This document shows, one piece after another, positions 1-12,100 of a stretch of DNA of 64,000 nt. The notes below the pieces were generated by a model that saw only the letters and a list, made by a program, of their open reading frames with translations, searched no databases and was not told where the DNA came from. A program made the position numbers and the translations under genes. Every line of letters starts with the position of its first letter. The first letter of the stretch is position 1. The stretch is taken from the NCBI GenBank assembly GCA_965222225.1, contig CBDCTK010000002.1, positions 512,001 to 576,000 of the forward strand, in the 5' to 3' direction. The DNA comes from Candidatus Poribacteria bacterium. Its GTDB lineage: Bacteria; Poribacteria; WGA-4E; JAJDTR01.

Positions 1-725
1 TCAATGGCTTGTCTGTTGGGATCCGAGAGTGTGACAAAACCCAGTCTATTTTTATTTGCCGTATTCTTTACTACCCCGGGCTCGTCCGTAGTAATGACGA
101 CAAGTTCTGCGTTTTCTGCCTTAATTGCCTGATAGCTCTTTTGCAACTCAACGAATTGCTGAATGCAGAACGGTCACCACGCCCCTCGATCCAATAGCAA
201 TACGACACGTTGTTCTCCGGCGTAATCGGCGAGAGAGTGGCGTTTTCCGTTGCCGTCTGCAAGATTAAAATCGGGCGCCGTAGAACCGACACTCAATCCG
301 TCGCCCGGAGGCAGTTCATCCATTTTGAGTATCGGCACAAGGTTGACTGTAATCGTCTCGGTTTCGCCAGCAGGAATAGGATTGACCACTGCTTCGTGCT
401 TTTCATATTCGTCCAATTCCACCACTACGGTGAACTTTTCACCGGCTAGTAGGTTCTCAAATTCAAACACTCCCGCTCGTGTAGTCAAAACTTCCCGAAT
501 TTCACCTTGGCTATCGACAAGTTGAACGCGGGTGTTCTTCAAGGTTTGCTTCGTTCCTTGGTCCACCAACAGTCCTCGAATACCGGCAGTTGCAACTGTA
601 GATGGCTCTTCGCCCGTCATATCCACTGTGCCTGGGGTCTCGCTCTCGCCGCATCCTAACACTGCAATGAGTATTGAGCTTAATAGAGTCAGTAAAAGTG
701 TTGAATGGATTCGCTGATTCGTCAT
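1..725 (-). CDS. Selenocysteine-containing AhpC/TSA (Prx-like) lipoprotein with N-terminal carboxypeptidase-regulatory-like domain; runs off window start
   Basis: Lipobox AVLGC; GSTAPDFNL...RVVLLLDRGAW, then TGA (174-176), then in-frame PFCIQQFVELQKSYQAIKAENAELVVITTD...GFVTLSDPNRQAI with no stop to the window edge; UxxC replaces CxxC. Confidence 0.85.
143..159 (-). promoter_or_regulatory. Putative bacterial SECIS hairpin
   Basis: mRNA GCAAUUC-GUU-GAGUUGC, stem from +15 to +31 after the UGA, loop G at +22. Confidence 0.65.
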
Positions 726-1240
726 AACAGTTTTTTCAGTTCCTTTTCGTAAGTTTCCCTATCACCTTGGGCACCGTGAAACGGTTTGGCGATTCTCCCC
801 TCTCGGTTAATCAAAAATGCGGAGGGCATCACGGGGACATCGTACAAATCAAGTAGCTCGGCTTCACCGAGAAGGATGGTGTAGTTTACACCCAATTCCT
901 CAATGAATGGTTCCACAACCTTTAATCGTTCATCATCCATTGAGATACCGACCACTTCAAATCCTTGTGCCCGATAATCGTCGTACAGTTCGATGAAGAT
1001 TGGGATTTCCTCCTCGCACGGTTTACACCATGTCGCCCAGAAATCCAATAGAACCACCTTGCCGCTATAATCGGCGAGCATTGTCTCCTCTAGCTGGGTG
1101 TTCAAGAGTGTAAAATTGGGAGCAATCGGAAGCGACGTGTCGATTTCTTTGTCGGGTACCATCGGTTCGCCAGCCTCGTCAGAGCAGCTTTGCATTGCTA
1201 AACAACAGATTATCAGGGTTGAGACAATTAGTAATCGCAT
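722..1240 (-). CDS. TlpA/ResA-family thiol-disulfide oxidoreductase lipoprotein
   Basis: Lipobox-like MQSC; APNFTL...GKVVLLDFWATWCKPC; stop overlaps the start of the downstream gene. Confidence 0.92.
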   Translation of the reverse strand: MRLLIVSTLIICCLAMQSCSDEAGEPMVPDKEIDTSLPIAPNFTLLNTQLEETMLADYSGKVVLLDFWATWCKPCEEEIPIFIELYDDYRAQGFEVVGISMDDERLKVVEPFIEELGVNYTILLGEAELLDLYDVPVMPSAFLINREGRIAKPFHGAQGDRETYEKELKKLL

Positions 1241-1525
1241 TTTAGTATGACCTCTTCCATTTCATAAGTTTGCAGTCGCGGAATTTATTGCAAATTCGGC
1301 AAGGATTTCTATCAAGGAACACTTTTTCAAAGCTAGTCATAGAGCGAAAAATGAGTGTTACTTGCTGAAAGAATTATTCCGACAGGAATAATGGCGTGCT
1401 ATAAAGGATTCTATTCTGCAGCAAAACCTACGACCTGTAATAGATAACCCAAGTTGCTACTTACAAGATTTTAGACATGCACCACCGTTTTTAATTGAGA
1501 ACAGTTCATTAATTGCGGAGATTTC

Positions 1526-1580
1526 GTAACGCAAACTGTCAGTTTGCGCATCACAAGCACAATCTAACAGATTGTGCTAC
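1526..1580. repeat. Inverted pair of GTAG/GTAA-type REP palindromes (REPIN-like)
   Basis: GTAA-CGCAAACTG-T-CAGTTTGCG and, on the minus strand, GTAG-CACAATCT-GTT-AGATTGTG. Confidence 0.65.
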
Positions 1581-1597
1581 AAAGGTGGCAACTTAGG

Positions 1598-2881
<1,284 letters not shown>

Positions 2882-2942
2882 CTATAAGACCTAGCTTGTT
2901 TCACTGAGCTTAGAAAGCGTGTCCGCGATGAAGCCAGAGGGG

Positions 2943-4082
2943 CTAATTGTTATTGGTTTTCTTGCAGAATCGTTCGACGAATTGGCTGAATACGGACACG
3001 GCTTTGGGGAACTGGTCGAGCTCCATCCATTCATCTACTGTGTGCGCTTGAAGGATGCTCCCGGGACCGATAACGACCAATTCCATGAGTTGTCCAAACA
3101 CGGCTCCATCGGTGCCGTACGCGACCGTACGAGCGTTGTCCTCTCCCGTAATCTCAAGCGCGGCGCGTACAACTTCGGATTCACGGGGAGTAACCATTGG
3201 CTCGGCGGCGGCGCGGAGCACAAACTCCAATCCGTGTTTTTCAGCGGATTCCCGCACGCGATCTATCCATTCCTGCGGGTTTTGTCCGGGCATCGGACGA
3301 TAATTGATGCTGCATATACTAAATGGTGGCGTGACGTTTGGAGCGCAATCGCCGTTGTCGATCGTGATGTTCCAGTCTGCGAAGGGGGGATCGAATTCAT
3401 TGTTGAAATATTTTGAGTCCGTCGTCAAGGTGTAGTAAATGTCTCGCATCTCCACCAGAAAAGGTATCAATTTGAGGTTAGCGTTGTCGCCTTCGCCAGT
3501 GCTGCTATGCGCAGCCCGTCCATGTGCGGTGACTACCATCTGAACGATTCCCTTGTGCGCGTGGATAACCCCTAGTAACGTCGGTTCACCCACAACGCCG
3601 TAGCGCGGAAAAGGTCCCTTAAACAGTTCCGACTTGTCCGCAACGGCTTGTGCGCCGTGGAAGCCGACCTCTTCGTCGGCGGTAACAATTACGTAGAGCG
3701 GATAGTCCAAGTCGGAGTTAGCATATCTGGAGGCGGTTTCGAGCATACAGGCGACACTGCCCTTCATGTCGCAACTTCCGCGTCCATACATCTTGGTTCC
3801 CTCGATCCGAGCCTCGAACGCATTCGATTCCCAACCGATTGCGGGCACCGTGTCAATATGTCCGAGCAGCGCGATGCCGCGATCTCTCGGGTCGTGATTT
3901 CCGCCTTTTTTGCCGATCAGATTTACTTTCTGTACGCCGTTCGGATCAACATATTCAATCCACTCAACGTGGCAATCAATCTCCAACATTCGTTTCCTAA
4001 GATACTTCATTACTTCAATATTACTGTTATAACTCACAGTATTGTGGGCGATTAACTCTACCGTAAGCTCTTTGGCATCCAT
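2943..4082 (-). CDS. M20 peptidase, ArgE/DapE family (acetylornithine deacetylase-like)
   Basis: GHIDTVP, GRGSCDMKG, ADEEVG, GEPT, GRAAHSS, GPGSILQAHTVDE; start placed at ATG 4082 after GAAGGAG; adjacency to lysA leaves DapE possible. Confidence 0.88.
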   Translation of the reverse strand: MDAKELTVELIAHNTVSYNSNIEVMKYLRKRMLEIDCHVEWIEYVDPNGVQKVNLIGKKGGNHDPRDRGIALLGHIDTVPAIGWESNAFEARIEGTKMYGRGSCDMKGSVACMLETASRYANSDLDYPLYVIVTADEEVGFHGAQAVADKSELFKGPFPRYGVVGEPTLLGVIHAHKGIVQMVVTAHGRAAHSSTGEGDNANLKLIPFLVEMRDIYYTLTTDSKYFNNEFDPPFADWNITIDNGDCAPNVTPPFSICSINYRPMPGQNPQEWIDRVRESAEKHGLEFVLRAAAEPMVTPRESEVVRAALEITGEDNARTVAYGTDGAVFGQLMELVVIGPGSILQAHTVDEWMELDQFPKAVSVFSQFVERFCKKTNNN

Positions 4083-4359
4083 ATTCGCTCCTTCGTCGAA
4101 CCGCAATCCCTCAATCAAGTGATGCTAAATTATCAGAAATGGAGATCTGTTATTTTCTCGAAAGCATACAGAAGTAAGAGAATGTTGTCAAGAATTTTCA
4201 TGGGACACTGCATTCGGCCGCCCCAAACCGCAGCGGGAATGTGCTGCATCCACAGATTGCCTCCTGCCGGAACTGCTAACAATATGCGTTGAAAACTTAA
4301 TGTATATAAGGTATAATTTGTCACTGTCGAAATCAATAGAGATGCGTGGAGAAGTCTTC

Positions 4360-4380
4360 GTAGGGTGGGCACCGCCCACC
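4360..4380 (+). repeat. GTAG-type REP
   Basis: GTAG-GGTGGGC-ACC-GCCCACC. Confidence 0.65.
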
Positions 4381-4473
4381 GTTTTCTAGGGTCAATTAAA
4401 GATTATCAAACCAACGACACTAAGAAGCTGGATACCGCTCACTTCCAATCCTCAATCCGAAAAATCAATTTTC

Positions 4474-4510
4474 TGTGACAATTTGTGAGGATTTGTGACA
4501 ATCGGTGACT
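4474..4510. repeat. Four direct repeats with 10-bp period (TGTGACA-like)
   Basis: tgtgaca/tgtgagg/tgtgaca/ggtgact at 4474, 4484, 4494, 4504. Confidence 0.6.
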
Positions 4511-5445
4511 CAGACAACTGCAGAACACCCAATGCGATACATGTTTTGAAAACCGCTATGTGCTACCTCCACTAACTGTTCCCCTCCCCCTGACAAGGGG
4601 ATCAAGGGAGCGGATAGTGACTGCGATAGAGATGCCCTGCGGGAGTGAAAAGCGGTCTTAGAAACCCCCATAACAATTTGAAAAGCGCTATCTCTGACAG
4701 CGTGAAGCAAACTTTGAACCCTCGATATTACCATCGTATCACGACAATCCGTCATCGCATCCAAACTTTTTTCTGTTAGCATTCTGTTGGCTTCCGAATG
4801 CCCGCAAACCCCCGCCAGCAAAGGAGACCTCCATTTCGGAAAATGCCAACGCGCTCCTCATATCGACGCTCCGTTGGCATCACTTTTCACGGTTTCCGTT
4901 CGCTCAGTCGCACAATAATCACCCTCAGTCGTTGAATAGTCGCACGGGACGATTGCGAATCCTCCATAGAGATTCGAATAAACAATACGATAAAATTCCC
5001 GAACTGCCGGCTCGATAGAGGTCCTGGCAAGCGAGAAATCCGCAGCCCAAGTGCGGCAGGGCGCCTATATGGGTCAAATGTGTGAGCGAACTTTATCGAA
5101 CTTTTACGAACTGTGCTGAACGACACAGGAACCCGCGTGATTACTAACTTCAATGCCGATTCACGCCGTCAAATCAAGAGTTCGTCGTGCACACATGACA
5201 TCCCAATGAAAACTTGCCAATAATTTTGTGGAAAGCGGAATGCCATTGTGCTAACATGTGAACTGGTCGTGAATATCCCGGCACACGAAGCCCAAAACCC
5301 CGGTCGGTGGTCCAGCTTTGAGGCAATTAACACTCAGGGACTCAAGCCAACTGAAGAAGTATGATGTTCCTGATTGTCCGTTTAGTTTGTGAGTGTTCCT
5401 GCTTCAAGCATGTCGTCAATTTGCGTTTGGTAAGAAGGAGTAGAA

Positions 5446-5535
5446 ATGACGAGAACTGCTGTGGAACTTTTAGGCGCTGGCTTTGCCGCCGTTATTGTTG
5501 CATCTATTGCTGGTGCAAATCTAAAGCTGAATTGA
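5446..5535 (+). CDS. Putative 29-aa hydrophobic small protein
   Basis: AAGAAGGAG RBS, MTRTAVELLGAGFAAVIVASIAGANLKLN*, 29 nt upstream of the vWA gene. Confidence 0.45.
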   Translation: MTRTAVELLGAGFAAVIVASIAGANLKLN

Positions 5536-5564
5536 ATTGAATTTACAAACTTGGGAGGCTAGGA

Positions 5565-6383
5565 ATGGCATATAATAACCTACCTATTGGAACAGCTAAC
5601 CCCACCTGCTTTGTCATCTTGGTCGACCAGTCTTGGTCGATGAGCCAAGACTGGGGGGACGAAGTAACGAAGGCCGAAAAAGCGACGCGCGCCGTCAATC
5701 GGGTGCTGGAAGAGCTCGTTTTGGCTTGTCGGGCGGGAGTAAATGTAAGAGACCGGTGTCACGCCTCTGTCATTGGTTACGGCGAGCGAGTTGAGTGCCT
5801 AGTTGATGGCATGATATCAGAGGTGACTAGTTCTCTGATCGAGGTGAGGAAGACCAAAAAGCTCATCGCTGACGGAGCAGGTGGCGTCATTGAGGTGGAG
5901 GTTGAAATGCCGATTTGGCTGGAGCCTCGGGCGGACAACGGCACTCCCATGGCTGAGGCATTTGAACACGCTGCAGAGGTTGTCCACCAGTGGCGTTCCA
6001 AATGGCCGAACGGATTCCCTCCGAGTGTAATCAACATTACCGACGGGGCCGCCAACGATCTGGCACAAGCGGCAGCAGCTGCTAGGAAGGTAATGGATGT
6101 CGGTACCGCGGATGGCAAGGCTTTGGTTTACAATCTTCACATCACTAACAAAGATAAAGCCGAGGTTATTTTGCCACACAACACGTCCGACTTTACTGGT
6201 GACAGTCTTGCCGAGTTTCTCTTCGACATCTCTAGCGAAATGCCAGATTCCCTGCGTGAAGCGGCGGTAGCATTGGGCATTCCGGCAGAACCGAGGGCGC
6301 GATGTTTTGCGTACAACGTCGACGAAGCTTGGATGATCAGACTCCTGAATTTTGGATCCTTGCACGTATTGGCTACGGGGTAA
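5565..6383 (+). CDS. vWA domain protein (TerY-like)
   Basis: MIDAS DQSWS, NGTPM, ITDG; GGAGG RBS; first gene of a vWA-PP2C-kinase triad. Confidence 0.88.
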   Translation: MAYNNLPIGTANPTCFVILVDQSWSMSQDWGDEVTKAEKATRAVNRVLEELVLACRAGVNVRDRCHASVIGYGERVECLVDGMISEVTSSLIEVRKTKKLIADGAGGVIEVEVEMPIWLEPRADNGTPMAEAFEHAAEVVHQWRSKWPNGFPPSVINITDGAANDLAQAAAAARKVMDVGTADGKALVYNLHITNKDKAEVILPHNTSDFTGDSLAEFLFDISSEMPDSLREAAVALGIPAEPRARCFAYNVDEAWMIRLLNFGSLHVLATG

Positions 6384-6411
6384 GATTGAGTCCCACCTTA
6401 CGATTAAAGAG

Positions 6412-7290
6412 ATGATAAAACTAACCGCTAAATCGTTTTTGACCCACAAAGAGGCAGAAACCGTAGTTGACTGCCAAGACGCAAAGTGCCAGAATGAGAG
6501 GATTGGGCGTTTTGCCGTGGCTGATGGTGCCACGAGATCTTTTTTCCCAAAAGAGTGGGCAGAGCTTCTTGTAGAACACTTCTGCGAAGCATCCGATCCG
6601 TTTCCGAATGCGTGCAACTGGAAGGCATGGTTGAGGCCCATTCAAGTTAAATGGCACGAAAAGGTTGTGCAGAGGGTTAGGTCGGTACCGCACTTTTTTC
6701 TCGTGAACTCGTTGAACTCAAAAGAACCGGCTGCCTCGACATTCATCGGACTTGAGTTCGACAAAGTTCAAGCCAGATGGCAGGCGATGATTGTAGGTGA
6801 TAGCTGTCTCTTTCACATAGGTTCTTGCGGATTTAAAAGTTATATGATAGAGCAATCGGTGGATTTCACGAGTCGCCCTGAGGTTTTTGCTAGTTACGAG
6901 ATGGCCAATCATTGTGAACCTGATTTCGTGAGTGATGATGCAGAACCAGGTGACACTTTTATTTTGGCGACTGATGCCTTGGCGAAGTGGATTCTGGAGC
7001 ATGAGGAACTGGATAGATGCGAAAAAGCAATCGGGCAATTCAAACAGCTACAAACTGTTAACCAGTTTCAGGAATTCGTTGATTGTGCGCGAACTAACGA
7101 GGACATCCCTTTAGTTAATGATGATGTTACTCTTATGATTATTTCGGTTGAATTGGCTGAACATGTGGAAACTGAAGAAGACCAACCGGTGGATCGACCT
7201 ACCTCGGGATTGGCTTTGCTCGCCGGGCTGCTTGGGTTTGTTGTTGGGGGAGTAATCAGTTTGCTGATTTACCGGCTTACAAAAGACTAG
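6412..7290 (+). CDS. PP2C-like protein phosphatase with C-terminal TM anchor
   Basis: CQDA, AVADGA, VGDS, LATDAL, NDDVT; C-terminal GLALLAGLLGFVVGGVISLLIY. Confidence 0.88.
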   Translation: MIKLTAKSFLTHKEAETVVDCQDAKCQNERIGRFAVADGATRSFFPKEWAELLVEHFCEASDPFPNACNWKAWLRPIQVKWHEKVVQRVRSVPHFFLVNSLNSKEPAASTFIGLEFDKVQARWQAMIVGDSCLFHIGSCGFKSYMIEQSVDFTSRPEVFASYEMANHCEPDFVSDDAEPGDTFILATDALAKWILEHEELDRCEKAIGQFKQLQTVNQFQEFVDCARTNEDIPLVNDDVTLMIISVELAEHVETEEDQPVDRPTSGLALLAGLLGFVVGGVISLLIYRLTKD

Positions 7291-7316
7291 ACGCATACCT
7301 ACAGTGAGAGTCAATT

Positions 7317-9110
7317 ATGGCGTATCCCAGTCGCGGTGATTATGCAGCGGCCGTGGGCGGTTTTCCCCACGTCAGCATATTAGATGCCACACTCCGGTCC
7401 GGAACCCCCGCGCGCGACCCTAATAATCTCTTGTTAGTTTATTCCGGTGGATTTTCAAGTGTGTTCCCACTTGTGGTTGGATCCAACACCTTTGCTTTGC
7501 GATGTTGGGTGCAAGACATTGGGGATGCCGAGACTCGGTATCAAGCAATATCAAACTATCTACAAAAGAGGAGTTTACCGTACTTTGTTGAGTTTGCATA
7601 CGTTCCCGAAGGCATTCTGGTAAATGGAACGAAATGGCCCATCACGCGAATGGAATGGGCAGAGGGGGAAACACTTTGTCAATTTATTGAGAATAATTTA
7701 CACGATGCAGGACTTCTGCGAACTACCGCCGCAGAATTCTTGGAGATGGCTGAAGCTCTCCACGCTAACCAGATATCACACGGAGATTTCCAAGATGGAA
7801 ACATCCTGCTCAAGCGAAACGGTACTGATGTCGAAATCAAACTGATAGACTACGACAGTTTGTTTGTTCCAGCCCTGCGAGGATACCCGGACTACATTGT
7901 CGGGCTTCCCCAATATCAACACCCTTCTAGGATAGCTGGCGGAGGGATCGCGAACGAGAAAGTGGATTACTTCTCTGAACTAGTTATCTATCTCTCTTTA
8001 CTAAGCCTTGCAGAAAAACCCGGTCTTTGGAGCCAGTTTGGCCAACGAACCGAAAGAGCGTTACTCTTTGTAGAAGCAGATTTCAAGAATGCAACCCAGT
8101 CCGATGTTCTCCAAGAGCTTGAAAACCTTTCGTCGGATGTGAAGCTATTGGCTTCAAAATTGAAGGATTTCTGTGCCAAGACGTCAATTGACCAACTTGA
8201 GCCACTTGAAGTACTGTTGCCACGGACCGACCCAGCTGCGAAGAAGGCTTGCAATCAAGGTCTCATTTTCCTTCATAGTCAGAGATACAATGAAGCAATT
8301 GCAGAGTTTGATAAGGCGATACGAATTGAATCAAACTTCAGGGAGGCACACCACGGATTAGGCCTCACTTACCTGCAGATTGGCAATCTTGACTTGGCAA
8401 AAAGGAAGGCAGAAGACACTCTAAAGATTGATGCCAATTATCGGCCTGCTCTCCAACTGTTGGACACCGTCAAACAAATACTGCGAAACTTCCCGCCAAA
8501 GTCACCTTCTTCTCAGCAGTCGGGCTCTGGGCCAACTTCGCGTCCTTCCTCCTTAAAAAATCCTACGAATCGGGATTTTTTCGGCGCCGTCATTACGTTT
8601 TTTCAACGTCGTCAGCACTATTTCAATCGTCGTACGTCGATTTCTGCAGGTGCTTTATGTCTGTTTGCTATTATTCTACTCATATGGAGCCGGTGGCCAC
8701 CAGATCCGGATGGTACATCAGTTGAAATCATTGACCCCAAAGTCACGCAGCAACACGCAAACCAAGATGACGGTGGCGTTCCTCCTCAAACGACACGGAA
8801 CGGCGGAAAACCTGTAGGTACCATTGCCACACGACGCCCTACTGCCGTGGTATCCGTCAACGCCGTTCCTTGGGCAGAGGTCTCTATAAAGTTGCCTAAA
8901 GGCGCGAGCTACATAAAACCGCAGAGAATACATTTCACTATACCTCCCGATTCCAGCGAGGAAAAACCCAACGTTACGCCCATTCGGGGTGGCCTCAGAG
9001 TTCCGATTGGCACGGACGTTAAATTGGAGTATGGCGACAGAGAGAAGATTTTTAGTTACGAAGCATGGAAGACCAGCAAGCTAATTTCGCACGACTTCTT
9101 GAGTCCATGA
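7317..9110 (+). CDS. Ser/Thr kinase-like protein with TPRs, TM helix and PEGA-like extracytoplasmic domain
   Basis: SGGFSSVF, ALRCW, HGDFQDGNI, LIDYD, YQHP; TPR AHHGLGLTYLQIG; TM ISAGALCLFAIILLIW; VSVNAVPWAEV. Confidence 0.88.
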   Translation: MAYPSRGDYAAAVGGFPHVSILDATLRSGTPARDPNNLLLVYSGGFSSVFPLVVGSNTFALRCWVQDIGDAETRYQAISNYLQKRSLPYFVEFAYVPEGILVNGTKWPITRMEWAEGETLCQFIENNLHDAGLLRTTAAEFLEMAEALHANQISHGDFQDGNILLKRNGTDVEIKLIDYDSLFVPALRGYPDYIVGLPQYQHPSRIAGGGIANEKVDYFSELVIYLSLLSLAEKPGLWSQFGQRTERALLFVEADFKNATQSDVLQELENLSSDVKLLASKLKDFCAKTSIDQLEPLEVLLPRTDPAAKKACNQGLIFLHSQRYNEAIAEFDKAIRIESNFREAHHGLGLTYLQIGNLDLAKRKAEDTLKIDANYRPALQLLDTVKQILRNFPPKSPSSQQSGSGPTSRPSSLKNPTNRDFFGAVITFFQRRQHYFNRRTSISAGALCLFAIILLIWSRWPPDPDGTSVEIIDPKVTQQHANQDDGGVPPQTTRNGGKPVGTIATRRPTAVVSVNAVPWAEVSIKLPKGASYIKPQRIHFTIPPDSSEEKPNVTPIRGGLRVPIGTDVKLEYGDREKIFSYEAWKTSKLISHDFLSP

Positions 9111-12100
9111 TGGTACCTAAAACCGGTTCTGTCCAGTTACGCATGGCTAATCCATTGCTTATGCAGAAACATGAAATGAGGACATTCCTGCGATCCGTAT
9201 GTCTCGTGCTATTCTTGTTTTCGGGGAACGCACTGGCAAATGAACTTACAGGGGTAGAGATTGCCACGCGCGCCGACGAGGCTACGGTGTTAATAGGCAC
9301 TGGAGATTCGAATCTGTCTGAATTCGGGCAGGGGAGTGGGTTCTTTGTGACACCCAATCTGATAGTAACTAATTATCACGTCATCAAAGGCGCTTCAATA
9401 GTTGCCTACATGCGTTATGGTCAGGAACAGTTCCATTCTATCGATTCGATTCGCGATGTCGAATCGAATTACGATTTGGCAGTTTTGAAAGTCCCATCGA
9501 CTCGAGTAAATCCGCTCTACCTAGGCGACAGTGATACTGTCAAAAAAGGGGAAACGGTATATGTTGCAGGTAATCCGCATGGGCTTGTAGGGACAATTTC
9601 AAAGGGCATAATTAGTGGTCAACAAACGAGCCCAGGATACAACTTCATCCGGAAAGGGGCGAACTTGATTCAGTTTGAGGCCTCGGTTGCCCATGGGAGC
9701 AGCGGAGGTCCTGTCCTTAACGGACGTGGTGAAGTCATAGGTGTTGTCTCGTTCGGTATTGGAGATTCTGCTACCGGTGATTTCAATTTCGCCATTCCTT
9801 CAAATTATCTTAAGACTATGCTTCGGAAGCTCGGTGTCCGATTACCGAGCAAACCACAAGCAGACAGTGGGTCATCGAAACGTAGGAACGAAAAGAAAGC
9901 CCAAGCCGATGCAGAAAGAGCCATAGCTGAAGCAAGAAAACTCGAAGCTGAAGCAAGAAAAGCCGAGGCGGAAGCAAGAAAAGCCGAAGCGGAGCGTGAC
10001 AAAGCTGAAGCCGAAAAAGTGAAAATGGAGGCGAAGAAAGCCCAAGCCGAACTTGCCAAACCAGAACCGGTGCGGCCCAAAAAGGAAAAAGTAAAAGTCT
10101 CAAATTCTAAAACGGCCATAATTGATCGACTCCACGCTGCGACCGTGCACGTCTACGGAAAAGATCGAAATGGAAGGCAAGGGCGCTTGGGAACCGGATT
10201 CTTCGTGCGCGAGAATCAGGTGGCAACCGACTTTCACGTCGTTGACGGTTCTACTTTAAAAGGAATAAAGCTTATTGGGCAAGGCACTCAATCCATGGGT
10301 GGGCTGCACGTCGCACGGCTTCTTAAGACGGATAAAGCACACCATTTGGCAATTCTGCAGGTCAAAGGCGCAGATGTTCAGCCGCTTCGTCTCGCAAACA
10401 GTGAGGAGGTTGACATTGACGAAGAAATTTCCTTAGTCGGAAATCCCTCAAGCGGTGAGTTATCGGAAGGGAAAATTAGTAAAATTCTGGATGAAGAGGG
10501 AGTCCGATACTTCGAGTTTGATGCTCCCGTGTCACCCGGGAGCAGCGGCGGTCCGATCGTAAACACTAGAGGTGAAGTCATAGCTGTTACCGCGCTAAAA
10601 GTTGTAGCAATCACTGGAACTCTCAAGAACGCCATTCCGTCAAACTATCTCGCCGAGCTTCTCGCTGGAAAAGGTGACCCACCTTTACACCCGCCGCCTC
10701 CTAAGCCCAAAGTTTCCCCAAAGCCAGTGTCTTCCTCTGAACCCTCGCCGTATGGAGATTGGCTTGAGAGAGGCATTGAACGCTATGAACAGGCGCAATT
10801 TGATGACGCAATTCGACTCTTAGAGTCTGCCTTGGACGGACTGACCCATCCGGAAAATCAAGCCAAAGCGCATCTTTACTTGGGGTTTTCCAGAAGGGGC
10901 CGCGGGGAATTGCAGGAGAGCGTGATCGCCGAGTTTCGAGAAGCACTTAGCCACGATCCCGATATAGAATTGCCGCCGCAGGTAGGTCAAAACCACCCGG
11001 TTTTCAAACCATTGCTTGAGAAGACTCGTGAGGATGCTACCGGCACTTTGACAGTAAACGCCTCCCCGCCTCAAACCCAAATCAAGATTGTTGGAAGTCA
11101 TGGGGAGATTATCGACGAGGCTGCCGGAAGCGTAAATAGCTGCCGGCTATTCAAAGGTGATTACACCGTGACATGCACTCTCGGAGAAGCAACTAACTTG
11201 AAGACTGTACGCATCGTTCCTGGCGTTCACTATATACTTGATCGTGAAATCACGAGAATGCCTTCTACGAGCCGAGAACTTACCTTGGAGCTAGACCGTA
11301 TGGTAAAACCTCAGCGGGTTGACGTCCACTTTGAAATATATGGCCCCTCCGGCAATGAATTGAATCGGGGCGTTAAACAGATGCAGTTGCAGGGAGAAAA
11401 GCCTGATTTAGGTACGTGGGTCTATCATGTGAATTGGCCTCCGTCTACTCCTGCGGGTCGATTAGCGTATCGCATTAAAGTCGATGGAGAAGATATAATA
11501 CCTATTCCACCGCCCGAAATTGTCATTCTGGAACCGCCGACCGATGCTTGGGTCTATATCAATCAAGCTTTTGACCTCAAAGCCAGGGTAACAAGCGACA
11601 TCCAACTTACGGAAGTTCTCGTTCATTACAGCGATGCATCAAAGAAACTTCGGAAAATGGACACTCCGGATACCTACATCGGCACAGTTACGGCGAGAGA
11701 CAAGCGGAAAGCGGGCACTATCTGGTATTTTGTCACGGCGAAGGATCAAGAAGGAAAGATATCACGGTCGGAGGTTAGATTAGTTGAAATCAAGCGGCTA
11801 GACGATGAAACTGATACAGATTCTGTTCCTCCTCCCGAAATTACCGTCTTGGCGCCGCGTGGCTCCGCAGTGTTGCCAATCAATGAACCGATTGAAATCA
11901 AAGCGGAGGTGAAATCTAGCGCGCCCCTCAAAGAAGTTCGCGTCTTCTATAATTCTGAAAGAAAACAACTTTCTGAGACCTCGCCATCCTCAATGCTTGA
12001 AAACAAATCATCGGACACGTACATCGGGAAAATCCCGAAGGAGCACAACCGGGAAGAGGGCTATATTTGGTATTTTGTCACGGCGACGACTGAAAAAGGG

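Noticed and set aside
4887-5153. Possible RelE-like toxin remnant (YRIVY in one minus frame)
   Set aside because: Only a 5-residue match; no coherent ORF or antitoxin
5817-6641. 274-aa minus-strand ORF and similar long antisense ORFs (e.g. 20571-21113, 53504-54100)
   Set aside because: Shadow frames of well-supported genes on the opposite strand
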